DNA from: the human T2T-CHM13v2.0 reference genome, Homo sapiens
Length of the DNA: 64,000 bases
Assembly: GCF_009914755.1 (NCBI RefSeq)
Contig: NC_060926.1
Direction: 5' to 3' (one strand)
This document shows positions 32,831-46,841 of this stretch, one piece after another. Position 1 is the stretch's first letter; each line of letters begins with the position of its first letter. Both the position numbers and the translations under genes were made by a program. A model generated the notes under the pieces. The model had not been told where the DNA came from, searched no databases, and saw only the letters and a list, made by a program, of their open reading frames with translations.

Positions 32831-34328
32831 GGTGACTATAGCTAACCACAGGCAAAATATTCTCCCAGAAGTAAATGGCAATATCCTCAAGTTAGTAGTT
32901 AGGATTCAAAAGAATTACATAAAACCCATTTTACAATATTTGTTCTTTCAAAAAATATTCTACTTAAAGAAATAATGTCAAATAACTAGTAGATAAAAGG
33001 GAATACAGTTTTAATTTTCACTATGGAATTTCTTCTCAATCTAGTAAATATCAAGCCACTTTTCAATTTATGGTAGGCAAATCTAGTGTCAGACCTCTGA
33101 ATTCCTATGTTTTTAATATTCTTAAAGCCACTGATTCATAAAAAGTCTCAACTAAGTACACCTCACACTTTAATTAATGGGGCAGGTGAGAGAATATAAA
33201 TCTCTGAGCCATCTTAAAGTAAGGCCCAAATTCACACAAGGGGAAGGAAAAACAATTAATAGCTTTTTATATTTTGCCTTAAAATCTTCAGATCCATTTT
33301 TTGAATCCACAATAATGCGGTTTGTTTCACTATTTTTAAAAAGGTGTTGTAAATGATGTACTATAGATTAATTTGAATTGTCTAATCTCTTTGAGGAAAA
33401 TCTTGTTCTTATTTTTCATACTTTATGTCTTTAGTAAACACTGGCTTCTGAAAGGCAGCAGATTGGGATTGTCTAAAATGCAAAAGAAAGGACTAAATAA
33501 TGACCTGTGGAGCTTGAGTTTGGAGTACTCACGTACCTCCCAGTTTCTGCCATGTCTAAGAAGAATAGTTTCAAATGCAAAGGCAAAAAATAGTATCATC
33601 CAGAATCATTTGGGAATGGAAATCATATTGCTAACAGAAACCGCAGACAAAGCAGATGGCAGGACCGTGAGGTATTTTAAGCTAAAAGAAAAATATTTTA
33701 GCTTTAAAGGTGACTGAAAGCCTATTAGGAACACAATAAGAATTAAACAATTAGAAACGTTTATAAGAGAAAGGTTTAGCTCTTACAGATGAAGTTACAA
33801 ATGTGTGAAAGACAAGAATCATGCAAAATAAGACAGAGGGATTTAATTACTTCTAAATATTCAGGTTAGGAGAGAGCTGAAAACTAGGAAGAATATGCAG
33901 AGAAATATACCAGGAGAATGATATCCAGGGAGGGTAAGGAGATGGGGTAGGCAGGAGGAGTATGCAAAGGGAATATGCGGGGGAATTCATTGGAATTCTG
34001 GGTAAGTTATAGAGAGGAGGAAAAGGGAAGGTCTGTCTGAGAAGACTGAGTAAGGCCGTGCTGAGAAACCTCATATCCAGAACAATATTCAAAAGCATTC
34101 TTTGAACAGAAAAATTGACGTTTAAGAAATGACTGGGAATCTCTCCTTTGATGACAGGGGAATAACCACAACAATCATAACAGCCAACATGCAGTGAGTG
34201 ATCACTCTATGGTAAGCATTGTGCTATGGACTTGGCCTGCTTTATGTCATTTAATCTTCACAGAAAATCTATACGTTCTGCAATCTTTACTTATTTCCTA
34301 GAATAAAGAGGTCATTGATCAGCTTTGA

Positions 34329-34475
<147 letters not shown>

Positions 34476-36613
34476 TAAAGCTGACTTTCATGACCTCTTT
34501 AGTAGAGAGCTGTTCAGAGAAAAAGCTTTTCTGAATTTCATTATTCTGACCTTTATCATAAAAAGAGGTAGCCCTGGCTAACATAAATACAGAATATTAT
34601 TGGAGGCGGTGGGGGGGATCCCAACCAGACTCAAAGGATTTGGCAAAAGTCAAAGACTTTTGGTCCCATGGATTATGGGAAGAGACAGGAGACATAGGCA
34701 GCTCTAAGTCAAACGTGCAGGAATTAATGCCTCCAGAGGATGAACTCATAGATACAGGAGTAGAAAGAATTAGCTATATGGGGAACCTGAGGGATTGAGG
34801 GGTATTGGCCCACTTTCAGGCCTTTAGGAGATGCTCCACAGACTGCCACTTCTCCCAAAATTGCAGGGTAATAGTGCAGTAAAATAGGCAAAAAGCAGCT
34901 ACACAGGTGAGCTGGAAGTCATTCTGATCTCTGTGTGCTGGAAGTTGGGAGAAAGGGACCCAGAAGTGTCCATGTGTCCAGTAAGGAAACACAGATGTGT
35001 TAAGAAAGTTTTTGCACCAGCAGAGGCCTGGGGTTAAAAATAAAGGCATGTGAGCTGTGGGGACTTTGAATCATGCGAAAAATGGCCAGGATCAAAGACT
35101 TCAGCCACAGCTGACTGGAGCATCATAACCTCAAAAAGCCAGACGCTTTTATGTCTCACTTCAAAAGCTACCAATCCAGGAGGAAACCAGACCAGGCACC
35201 CTGGAGAAAGTCTAGCAAGCCTACGGAGGACAACATGTTCATACAAACACCTAAGGCTTTCTCTGCTAATCTGAGGTCATAGGCCCTCTCTAAACACCTA
35301 GTCCAAGCCTTGGAGGGGAGAGTTGGAGAGGAAGAGAAGGAGAGTGGAACATGAAAAGACAGCATTTTGTCCAAAAGTGACTGTTTACAGCGAGAGACAG
35401 ATTATACTCCCTGATGGATCTAAACTTCCCATACTGTAAATAAAACTTAGAACTCCAAGCCACCACCATCCTATTCGAATACCCAGGGGTAAGAGTGCTT
35501 ATGTACCAAGTGTGAATAAATTTTTGGTATTGTGACACTAGATTTGGGGTTTTGGTTCTGTTGTTGGATTTTGCATCAATAAATATGTTTTCTCCATCAA
35601 AGGGAAATACAATTTTTAAATCATCTATTATTTGAGGAGTTTAATGATCCTCCTGCAGAACTATATTGGCTGTCTCTTTTTATTTATGATTGTTTGATAA
35701 TTAACTTAATACCTCTGGTTATTTCCATAATTAGATTCTAGCCAATTTTGGTATTGTACTGTTATCATTAAAACGATCATCTAAATTAGATCTCAACTGT
35801 ATTTTTTTCTTGTCATTAGTTTTCATTGGTTGGTTTAGTATGTTATTCATTTTTTAAATTCTTGAGTTGAAAATTTTGTGTATTTTTTCAACATAAATAT
35901 TGTGTTATTACAATAGGCTTTCTAAATTTAATTATTTTAGTGGGCATTTGTTAATTGCCCATCTGGCATTAATCCCTTCCCCACTCCCTTTCCTTTCTTG
36001 ACAGTGTCCAGAATTTCGCAACCATGTAGTGTTAAACTGAAGAGGATATATGCATACCATGTCGCCCAAGGACCTAGGGGCCTTCTGGTGAGAGCTGGGG
36101 GAGGTGCCAACTATTCCCTGGGAGGACAAGTTAAAGAGATTTGTCAGAAAGACTAGGATAGTACAGATCAAGATTTTTCATAAAATGTATTTTTAAAGAC
36201 ACCATAATCAGATATTATGTATTTGCCTTTGTAAGAAAATTGCTAAAATTTCACCAAAGCTTGGCATTTTCTACATAAGCATCCCAAATAAGTTTTGCGT
36301 ATATATTTTTATTTATATGCCACACTTACTGAACTGAAGCAAGGATTCAGAGCATTGGAGATGTGGCCAGATTTCTCTCTCTGCAGTTTCTGCTTTATTT
36401 TAGAGGTGCTGACTTAAACTAGGTGCTGCAAAACTGTTGGGTAGCTATCCTAGTTTTACTAATTATAATCTTGCCCATTGGTGAAATAAATAATCTTGAG
36501 GAATTATAATTTGGAAATATCTATGCATTCCTAGAAAAAAACTTAATTTTTTACTATTATTTTCCTAGATAGCTAGAATATTTTTCCTAATACTTTATTT
36601 ATTGTTTGTTTTA

Positions 36614-37390
<777 letters not shown>

Positions 37391-38472
37391 AAGTATTTGC
37401 TTTATTTAAAAACCTGTTTCAACAAAATGCATGCTGGATATCCACAAACAGGTTTTCATTGTATTTCTTCAAATTATTCCCAGCATGAGATTTGTACCAG
37501 TCTGAAACATCATGTCTATGGTCCTAGATTCTCTTATAATAAGAATATTTTGGAAATCCAGTCTGCATACATCTTCTCCATTGTTTTAGAAATCACACTC
37601 AATCCAATGCTCACCTCTATCCTTCAATTATTTCTGTACTATGATACCCTGAAGGAATGTCTTGAAGTTCTCTCTCTTGTGGATGTTAACTTTTGCCATC
37701 CTGAAATGATGATACATATGTTTCCTAATGATTTGTATTTCTTTGACATTTAAATAAAAATTTGACCAGAATAGGAAATTAAATAAACGGGTACAAATCA
37801 TGACGTTGATTGTATATGCAGCTTTTTTCCTAGGGGTGCCACCATTTAAATGATGTGAGATAATTCAGTACTGCCCTAGGTTATTTTATGTCCCTATATG
37901 TTTACACAACCTCAGAAGTGGAGTTAAGATAAACATTTCTCATGCAAAACTACCATCTGGTTTTATTGTTCTTTGATTTTCAGTAAAGCCTCTGAGATTT
38001 ACCTATATGAAACAGACATTCTGATGACTTCTCTCTTCCATATGAAAAGAGGATAATAAACAAAACCAAAATGCTCCCATTTTATTTTTCCTATGATGTC
38101 CTAAACAATAAAGCAATAGCAATATAGATAAATGCTTGTAAATGCCCTTCTTTTTAAGAGTTGCAAATAAATTCTGAACATATATTTGACCCTGGAAAGT
38201 CAGCAGGAATTATCCTGTAATGTTGACATTGCATAACAAAGCAATTTTTCTTTTTGAAACTGCTACATACAAATATCTCCATGGTTAATAGAATCTTGAT
38301 CATTATTTCAGGAAACACAATTAACATAGTCCCTTTCTTATTATATACAGCATATTTTTTCTATTTTCATCTTCAATTAAAATCAATAGGTTGGGATATT
38401 ATTTGTATTGAAATAATTTTATCTGTACATGTAATATAAAATTCATCTTAGCATAGCTTTTATATAATCTCT

Positions 38473-39946
38473 TGTATTTGTTTTCTATTGCTGCTTAGCA
38501 ACTTTTCACACACCTAATGGCTTAAAATAATACCTATTCATTAACTCACAGATTTTATGAGTCAAGAATCTAAGCACAGATTAGCTAGGTCCTCTGTTCA
38601 GTTTCTCAGCAGGTTGAAATCTAGGTGTTGACTAGGGCTCTAATCCCATCTAAAGTTCAGACTTTACTGTCAGTTCAGTGGTTTGGGGCCCAATTTAGTT
38701 CCTTCAATCTGTAGGACTAGGTCATTTACCTCCTAGAGGCTGCCTATCATTTTCTGCCACATGGCCCTCTCCAAAGCATAGCAGTTTGCTTCTTTTCCAG
38801 GACATCAGGAAAATGTATTTGACTTTTAATCTCTCTGACTTCTAAGAAGTCATTTTAAAGAAGTTATCTGGTTACATCACACCCATCTAGGATAGTCTCT
38901 ATGTTGCTTAAATCAAAGTCAATTCATTAGGGACCTTAACTACATATGCAAAACCTCTTCGGCAGTATAACACAATTCAATGGCATTGTTAACCATAACA
39001 CTTCTGACACTGAAGATGTGGGTTTTTTTCCTCACACTTTACCAACCAATTTGCCAACTCTCCAGAGGCCAAATGCTGGATATAGAATGAAATTCAATTT
39101 TGACACTAACTACCTAGAGTTAGTACAGACTCCACAGATTCAGAGCTCAGTCCCACGAGACTGCACCCACTTCAGACATCAATCACTAGTGCTGATCTTT
39201 ATGTACTCTTGACTGATCAGCTATAAAGTTGTGCAGTTCCCACAACCCCACCCTCAAGCTTGATGATTGTCTAGAATGTATCACAGAATTTAGGGGAATG
39301 CTTTATTTACTCTTACCAATTTATTCTTAATGGATACAAATAAGTAGCCAGTTGAAGAGGTACCTGGGACGAGGTCCAGAAGGGTCCTGAGCACAGGAGT
39401 TCCTATCCCTGTGGAGTTTGGCTGCACCACCCTTCTGGCATGTGGATGTATTCACCAACCAAGGTCTTTGAACCTCCTTGTTTAGGTTTTTTTAATGAAG
39501 GTTTCATTACATATGCATAATTAGTTAAATCACTGACCATTGGTGACTAACTCAATCTCCACCCTTCTGCCCTCCCTGGAGTTCTAATAACATGGTTGGT
39601 TCCTCTGGTAACCAGTCCTTAGCCTAAAGCTAGGCAGGGATCCACCAAGAGTCACCTCATTGGCATAAACTCAGGCATGGTTGAAAGGTAATATTATAAA
39701 TAACAAAAGATGTTTCCCTCACCTCCACAACTCAGAAAATTATAAGAGCTTTATGAATTCTGCACCAGGAGACAGGGATAAAAACCAAATATATATTTCT
39801 TATTATATCACAATATAACAATAATAATGGAAATAAAATCCCACCATATTCTTAAATCCCACTCACACACAAACCAACAGGATTACATGAGGCAACAGAC
39901 CAGGGGGAAAAATTTTCTAGGTCATCTTAGAATTCTGCCTACCACA
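38473..39946 (-). mobile_element. MLT1(D/E-like) LTR split by MER21
   Basis: tgtatttgttttctattgctgct...ggcttaaaataa; ends gaattctgcctaccaca. Confidence 0.8.
38975..39820 (-). mobile_element. MER21C-like LTR
   Basis: aacacttctgacac, caattttgacactaactacctagagttagt, accaaatatatatttcttattatatcacaatataaca. Confidence 0.85.
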
Positions 39947-41929
39947 ATAGTCTAGTCAATCAATGGAGACATAAGCTACTATCAATTACATAAAAAATCA
40001 CAGAACTGAAAATTAGGGAAATATGACTAAGATCATAATTACTACTTATTTTTATCCTTACTCTATTCCAGGAATTTTACTTTGTGATCAGAGACTAATT
40101 AAATCTTTGCAACAACCTTATTTTTTAAGTATTATTGACATCATCATTTCCAAAATTTAGAGGTGTAACGGTTGGCTAGAGGTCACATAGCGTTTGAGGG
40201 GCAAAGACTGCTGAAGTGCATACTCTCTAACACTGGTGTCTGTGCTCCTGCTGTATAAGCTATCTAAAGCCTCATAGAACCCTATTTGTTGATAAAGAGG
40301 TAAGAAGATAATTATTGGGGTCATACCTGTTTAGAAGCCCTCAGTCTTAGGTAACAGTGCTATGATGAGAGGATAAGATGCTAAAGAAGGTGAGAGTCTG
40401 CTCAAGGGCAGACTTAATGGTTGTCCTTCCTATGGGAATATTGGGTGTGTGCATCAGAATTGTGGCAAGTAGGGTGACAGCTGGTAATGGACTCTCCATC
40501 TTTTGGGGCTGGATTGCTTCTAATAGATTGAGTATCTGAGCCAGAGATCATGCTGTAGCATTGAAGACCTGATTCCCAGAAATACCTACCACCACATGTG
40601 TCTTGTGTAGAATTATTAGCTAGAAGAACAGGCCTGAATTCAAGCTTTTGAAGATGTTGGGAGTGGTGATAATTTCAACAGTATGGCTAACAACAAAACT
40701 AGTCCAGGCAAATGTGTCACTCTGTACATACAAATAACCAAGACAGATTTGCCTCTGCAAATATGTAGTTATGACTAACAAACTTAATAATTTGAAAAAC
40801 GTGAGTATGCCAGACAAATGGATCATTCCAAAACCACAGGTATCTTTGGACACAAATTATTATGGACATAGAGTCTACTTCAGACATGTTCACTTCTCAC
40901 ACACTGAGAAGCTCAACACACTGATAACAGGATGCACAGGGATGGCTCCAGACACACCAAACTCTTTGGGCATCTTGATTTTTTTGCCAAAATCATGCGA
41001 ATACACTCATGTGAACACATATTAGGAATCACTTGGTCAGTTTAAGATTGAAATAAGGGAACCACACTGACATTATTATGAGGGCTCATCAGACCAATAT
41101 CTGAATTCTTGTTCACCTGGTTATTTGAAATACTTAAGTATGCTTCCTCAAGATGAGTTGTTTTTGTGCGGCTACTGCAGGCAATGATGTGCAAATAATT
41201 AGTAGTCACTGATAACTATTTAATAATTAATAATTATTATTATTAATCAATGCATGTAATGCAGGTAAAATACTTAAGGTTATTTAAGAATTATATGCAT
41301 TTTTATTCTTTGCTTAATGTTTTCTTTCAAAGTTATCTTGAAATTTCCATAAAACATTAACTTCAGTCCCCTATTTTCAACTTAATAAGGTGCACAAAGG
41401 TTTGACAGGGCAAGCTTGTCTAAAAATCTCCTTATCCTTCTCAAGCCTGTATTTAGTTGTAGATATCTACAAATTCCTTTCTCAAGAATTAAATTATTAG
41501 GCTTCTTTATTTTTTTTTCTGGGAATATTGAGTTTGCTACTTGTCATTTACAATGGAACAAATAATTGAACTACATTAACAGTTTATTAAGTTCTGATAG
41601 AATGAATGTGTTGTGTAAGGTATATTTGCTTTTATTTTGCAATAAAAAGGTTTCTGAGTGTTTCAGCCTCTGTGGATACGTAGGGTCCTTATTCCAGGGT
41701 CAGTTTGCTTCTCCTAAATTATAATTGTTGATTCTTTAAAAAGATTTCTTAGAATATAAAGTCTTTATGATTTTATAGTTCCTGTTTTCTCCTACGATTG
41801 CCCTGCTACAATTACTGAATACTGTCTACCTTGCTAAATGAGAGGGTTTACTAAATAACATTTTGGTTCTAAGCCTAGTCTTAACATTCCCTGGATCAGT
41901 TATAGGAATGCCCCTTTACTCAGTTCAAA

Positions 41930-42365
41930 AGATGGACTTTCTGTCCCTGGTCTTGCTTTGAAGGCAAGCCTCCTTTCTACTGCTGAAGTAGGTCCTACAT
42001 ATTTGTAGATGGCCTTCCCACAGCATTTCATCCCCTAATTCCACTGATTAATTTGAGGTGAGCATATGACCCAATTAGAACCAATTAGACATTCACTGCA
42101 TGTATGAAGAGAAGAATGCTCCTTTACCAGTGGATTCTCACTGTGGACAATGGGAACCTAGGACTGCTGGAGACTACCATGTGACACCTGAAAATGAGGG
42201 CAACAGAACAGAAGGCAAGTCAGCACTGGAAACCTGTTTCTGAAGGCAGCTGTTTCCGAATCAGTATCCAAACTTGGAATTTTCTACTGCAGAGGACATT
42301 TAGTTTTCCTCTTTTCTTATTGAGTAGGTTTTTCCCACTTATAACAGGAACTTTCCTAAATAACA
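41930..42365 (+). mobile_element. Old ERVL/MaLR LTR (LTR33/MLT1-like)
   Basis: gagcatatgacccaatt...ccaatt, ggtttttcccacttataac; diverged. Confidence 0.45.
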
Positions 42366-43529
42366 CATTATTGCTGCAAAGAAAATGCTGCAGCTGTCAT
42401 GAGAGTGTATGAGCAAGGATCTTAACCTGCCCTAAAGGATCAAAGAAGGAGAGTTACCTAAAAGTAATGATATCAAAACTGAGATGTGAAAGGTGTGTAA
42501 GAATAAGCCACGCAAAAGAGAAAAAATGGGAGCAGAGGAAAAGTTTCCAAATGGAATGAAGAACTTGTGTAAAGGATTTCTTCAACATTTAAGAAACAAA
42601 TTGAAGAATGGGATATATAGAAAGAGCGAAAAAAATGTGATAATACTGGGGAGAAAGAAACTTTCTAGGCCATAAGGTTGACTTGTTATTGGCCAATGTA
42701 AACTTTTTTTAATCAAAAAATTAATACATGCACATGGTCAGAATTCAGACAGTGCTGAGGACGCTATTGATGCCTTCTCCCAAAGCCCCAGGGAGAGTTT
42801 CAGTGCCTCTTTCTTTTCTTCAAGAAAAAATAACTAATGTTCTCACACACATACACATAAAATACTTATTTAAATGCTTATGGTGTTTTTTGCTAAATAC
42901 TACAAACAAATCAAACATTTTTCATCAGGTAAATAGAAAAGCAAAGTCTCATACATCCGTATAATGAATGGTATATTACTCAGCCAATGGGAAGAATGGG
43001 GGAGGATTATGTATTTGTGTATGAAAGGAAGAGAGCTAGAATTGATTTTTTTTTAACTTTCTGTATAAGTCTGAGATTTATAAAAGACACTCTAGTGAGA
43101 AGTCATGTAGTAAATTTTATCTTTCTTTTTAAGCTCAGAGAAGAGGTTAGAATTTGATAGTAGTTTAGTTAATATACAGAAGAATAAATGCAGTTAAATA
43201 TGGAGAGGTTAGCAGTATCCCAAATGTACAGGAGTATCTTACCACTTCACTATCTGCATACATCTTTTTGCATGAAAAACTAGAAAAATATGTAAAAAAT
43301 TTAGTATTTACAGGCTATACATTTAAAAAAGAGTTTGTATCTTATAAAAATATATTTCTCCAATCAAGATTATCTACTTTATTAACTAAAACTATGTGAA
43401 TGAGAAAACTGGCACTGCTTTTTTTACTAGTAAAATATTTCTATATGAACATATGAGAAAATAAGTGAAATACATACACACATTTCAAATCTTTCACTGT
43501 TAATATCACTTGAAGGTTTTTCATTTCCA

Positions 43530-43690
43530 GAGAAAGTTCATGCCTATTATTTTATTTCCCCGTAAAACAACCTCCAAGGAAAGATATTATTATCAATCTC
43601 ATTCTACAGATGAGGAAAATGAAGTTCAGAGAAGTGAAGTCTGTTGCTAATTGTGTCTGTGGCTAAGCAGGGACTAAAATGAATTCATCC
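43530..43690 (-). mobile_element. MIR
   Basis: cattctacagatgaggaaaatgaagttcagagaagtgaagt. Confidence 0.75.
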
Positions 43691-45909
43691 CATTCAATGC
43701 AAAACATGCTGAGCATCCACCATAAGCCAGATAAATTGGAAATTACTGACGGCCACAGATAAAATTAAAAAGCATCCAATTATCCCTTCTCCAGGTATTG
43801 TAGCCTCTTATCACTTAAGACTGGGCAAGGCATGATCACACTTGCCCCCCTGAAGTGACAGCAGTGATGAGTGTTTGGGTACTTCAGCAGCTCGCACAAT
43901 ACTTCCTGCACATGGACTGTTTCGAGTACATCTGGAGGCTACACTCTAGCATTTAGAAATCACAGTCTGAATTAGAGCCAAAAATCCCTCTAGCTCCACT
44001 GTCATTTATACCAGGCTTCAGGACATAATATTGGGGACAGGTAATTCTAAAGAGGCTAATCCTCCAGGAAATTTACCTTCCAAGCCTTATCCCCAAAGCT
44101 TCCCATTCAGGAGTTGAAGTGTAGCCAATCACCCAGAAGCACTGATGCAGGTATTCCATAGAAACTATACTTTGAGAAACACTGCCCTGGAAGCCTTTTG
44201 CTTTTTCTCACTCTTTTGCTTTGGAGAAACTGGACAGTTGCATTTAAAAATAAATTGGGTGCTAGAATATAAAATTAGGTTAAGGATCTTAAGGTAGCTT
44301 GTCATCGGTCTAATAAACAAATAGATTTATATTTTTAAATGAAATGTGAGCATACTAATATTTATCATTTTCTCAGTCACTCCTGCCTGAAATTGGATGA
44401 TCTGTTGTTTCTGCATTAGCTATTGTAATAATGTTAGTATAATCATCTAGTAGCAGTTATCATTGCTAAATTCTGAGATTTGCCCTGAAATGCCATCCAT
44501 TTAAATATATACAAACATACATAGAAATATCAACCTGGTCAGCTGAAATAACAATCTTCAAACAAGACCACCTTTCTCTAAACAAAATCTCAGCAGTTTC
44601 TGAGTTTGCCTTTCTGTTTTTAATGGACATATTTTATTAAAATTTTGTTTGCTTTTAAAAAATACTAACAAATAGTACCACAAACTGGAGGTTTCATTGC
44701 ATTAGTCGGCCTGTGCATTTCATAACAGTGTTAGTTTTCTCAGATTGTTGCTTATGTATTTCAGAGTCATAATGTCAATTCAATCAGTAAATTGCAGTGA
44801 ATTTCCACTTATTTGGGATAGTATGAAAGGGCAATGATTTACCAGGAAGCTTTCAGTGTAAACTGTATGAGCAAGGACAGAAATCTAAATACTATTAATC
44901 CTTTGTGTGTGTGTGTCAGCAGCATGCATTTTGATTACACATTTAAAAGCTAATGCTTCAATGTGAATTTGGAAGTTAAAAATCCATACCTGAAAAAGAA
45001 AACAACACAATAAAGCATTCTAAGAAAACAGGTAAAACTGAAATAGTCTCATTCAGTTTCATTATGTTTCTTGTCCTTTCAAGGTTTAAATGGCTTTTGA
45101 TTGAGTGCCACATATTTACAGAACATGCCAAATATTTATAATAGTTCATCATTCTGTCTTTGACAGGGATACTTAAGCATTTCTCTCTATATCCCCATTC
45201 ACTTTTATTTGTTTAGTTTCACTTTGTAAAGCCATTCAGTTGGCATAAGCCACTAAAAATGTCAGAAGATAGCAGAAATAAAAACAATAACCTGTATTTT
45301 TTTCCTCAAGCAGACTTTCCATTATTATTGCACACTTCAGTAGTTTAAACCCTTTAATTCTCACTTAAGTTGAATCAGTAATCATTAGTATCTAAGTAAA
45401 ACCATAATTTAAATCAAATTTAAGCTAATCACCTTTTTTTTTCCTCTCTCTGTATGGTTAAAGGCTTAAAATAGAAAAGACTGAAAAAAAAAGACACAAA
45501 GGATAAACTGCAAGCTGGTGGGCAGTGGGGACGTTATTGAGCTCCTTCCTCCACCATTACAATGATCTGTTCTCAGTTTTCATTAATCACTGTGCTGTTA
45601 GCAACATGGTGGTTAAAAGGGGCCAAGATGTCTCTCTTGTTTACCAGTATAAAAGGTAGAAAGATTTTCCACAATTTGCAGCATTCTAGAATTTATCTTC
45701 TGAAGGAATTAGCTCCAATAATTGTACCATTAGCTCACATCAGAAAATGAGCTCCACCAACAACTAATGAAACCTTTCAACAAAGAAACAGGAAAAGCTG
45801 ACATTTATGAAAGGTAGTGTATCTTTACTAACTAGGCGCTGTTGAATTAACGATTTGAGAGTTGATCCTCAGACGCTGAATTGGAAGTGCTCTTAGTCTT
45901 TATTTTGTT

Positions 45910-46325
45910 AATGGTAGTTTATCCAGGATGTGCTCCCTGGGAAGCAGCCAGCAGGAGGCTTATTAGAAAATGTTCTTGGGATCAATACCCGTGGAAGGAC
46001 AGAGTAAGAAAGAAAGGAATCAAAAAGTTAGGTCCTGAGAGAAATTGAGCCACAATGAAAGCTCTTTAGCCCATCCATGAGGAGATGTATAGCAGAAAAA
46101 TCCCTTCAATGTTGCCCTGAGTTGAGTTCATGGGGACAGACTTTTATACCCACTTCTGGCTGACCACCTGCGAAGCAGGTGTGATCTTGGTCAATGAGGC
46201 AGCTCTTTTCAACTGAATTCCTGTAGGTTTCTAACTAATTAAGCTTTTCTTCTGGCAAAGCTTCCAGTAGTTGGGGAAATAAGTCCTTTTCTGAAGGGGA
46301 GTTTGAGTGGAGCATTCACTATAAA
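45910..46325 (-). mobile_element. LTR16-like ERVL LTR
   Basis: ttattagaaaatgttcttgggatcaatacccgtggaagg...gtgtgatcttgg...ttggggaaataagtcctt. Confidence 0.55.
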
Positions 46326-46531
46326 CCAAAGTTCAAGTAGTGTATATATCTATCTATCTGTCTCCATCTGACACACAAAAATCAAGTATTGTAAATTAGT
46401 CTACAAAAAAAAGATACAAATACAAATTATCTTGCACTTTATTTTAAGCTCAGTAATGCAATGGTTCTGTGATTCGAAAATCTGTCTTTTAGGGCCAATT
46501 TTTATCTACAAAAATAAAAGGCTAAACTAAA

Positions 46532-46743
46532 CCCAAGGCAGCCAACATTTTATATAAAGAGCCGGAAAGTAAACATTTTTGGTTTTGTGAGCCATATAAT
46601 CCTTGTCTCAACGATTACACTCTGCCTCTGTGGCATGAAAGCAAACATAGGTAATATGTAAATGAGTAAGTGTATCTGTGTTCCAATAAACCTTTATAGG
46701 CAAAAAAGATTTTAATCCACAGGCTGTAACTTGCTTATCCCTG
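46532..46743 (+). mobile_element. MER58A-like hAT MITE
   Basis: ggttttgtgagccata...gtgttccaataaac...gctgtaacttgct. Confidence 0.8.
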
Positions 46744-46841
46744 AACTAGATAATCTCTATTATCTTTTCAATTACTAACATTATACGTTTTTGTAATTTC
46801 TTCTCAGAATTAGATAATAGATTCCTTCTTTAACTTAAGTA

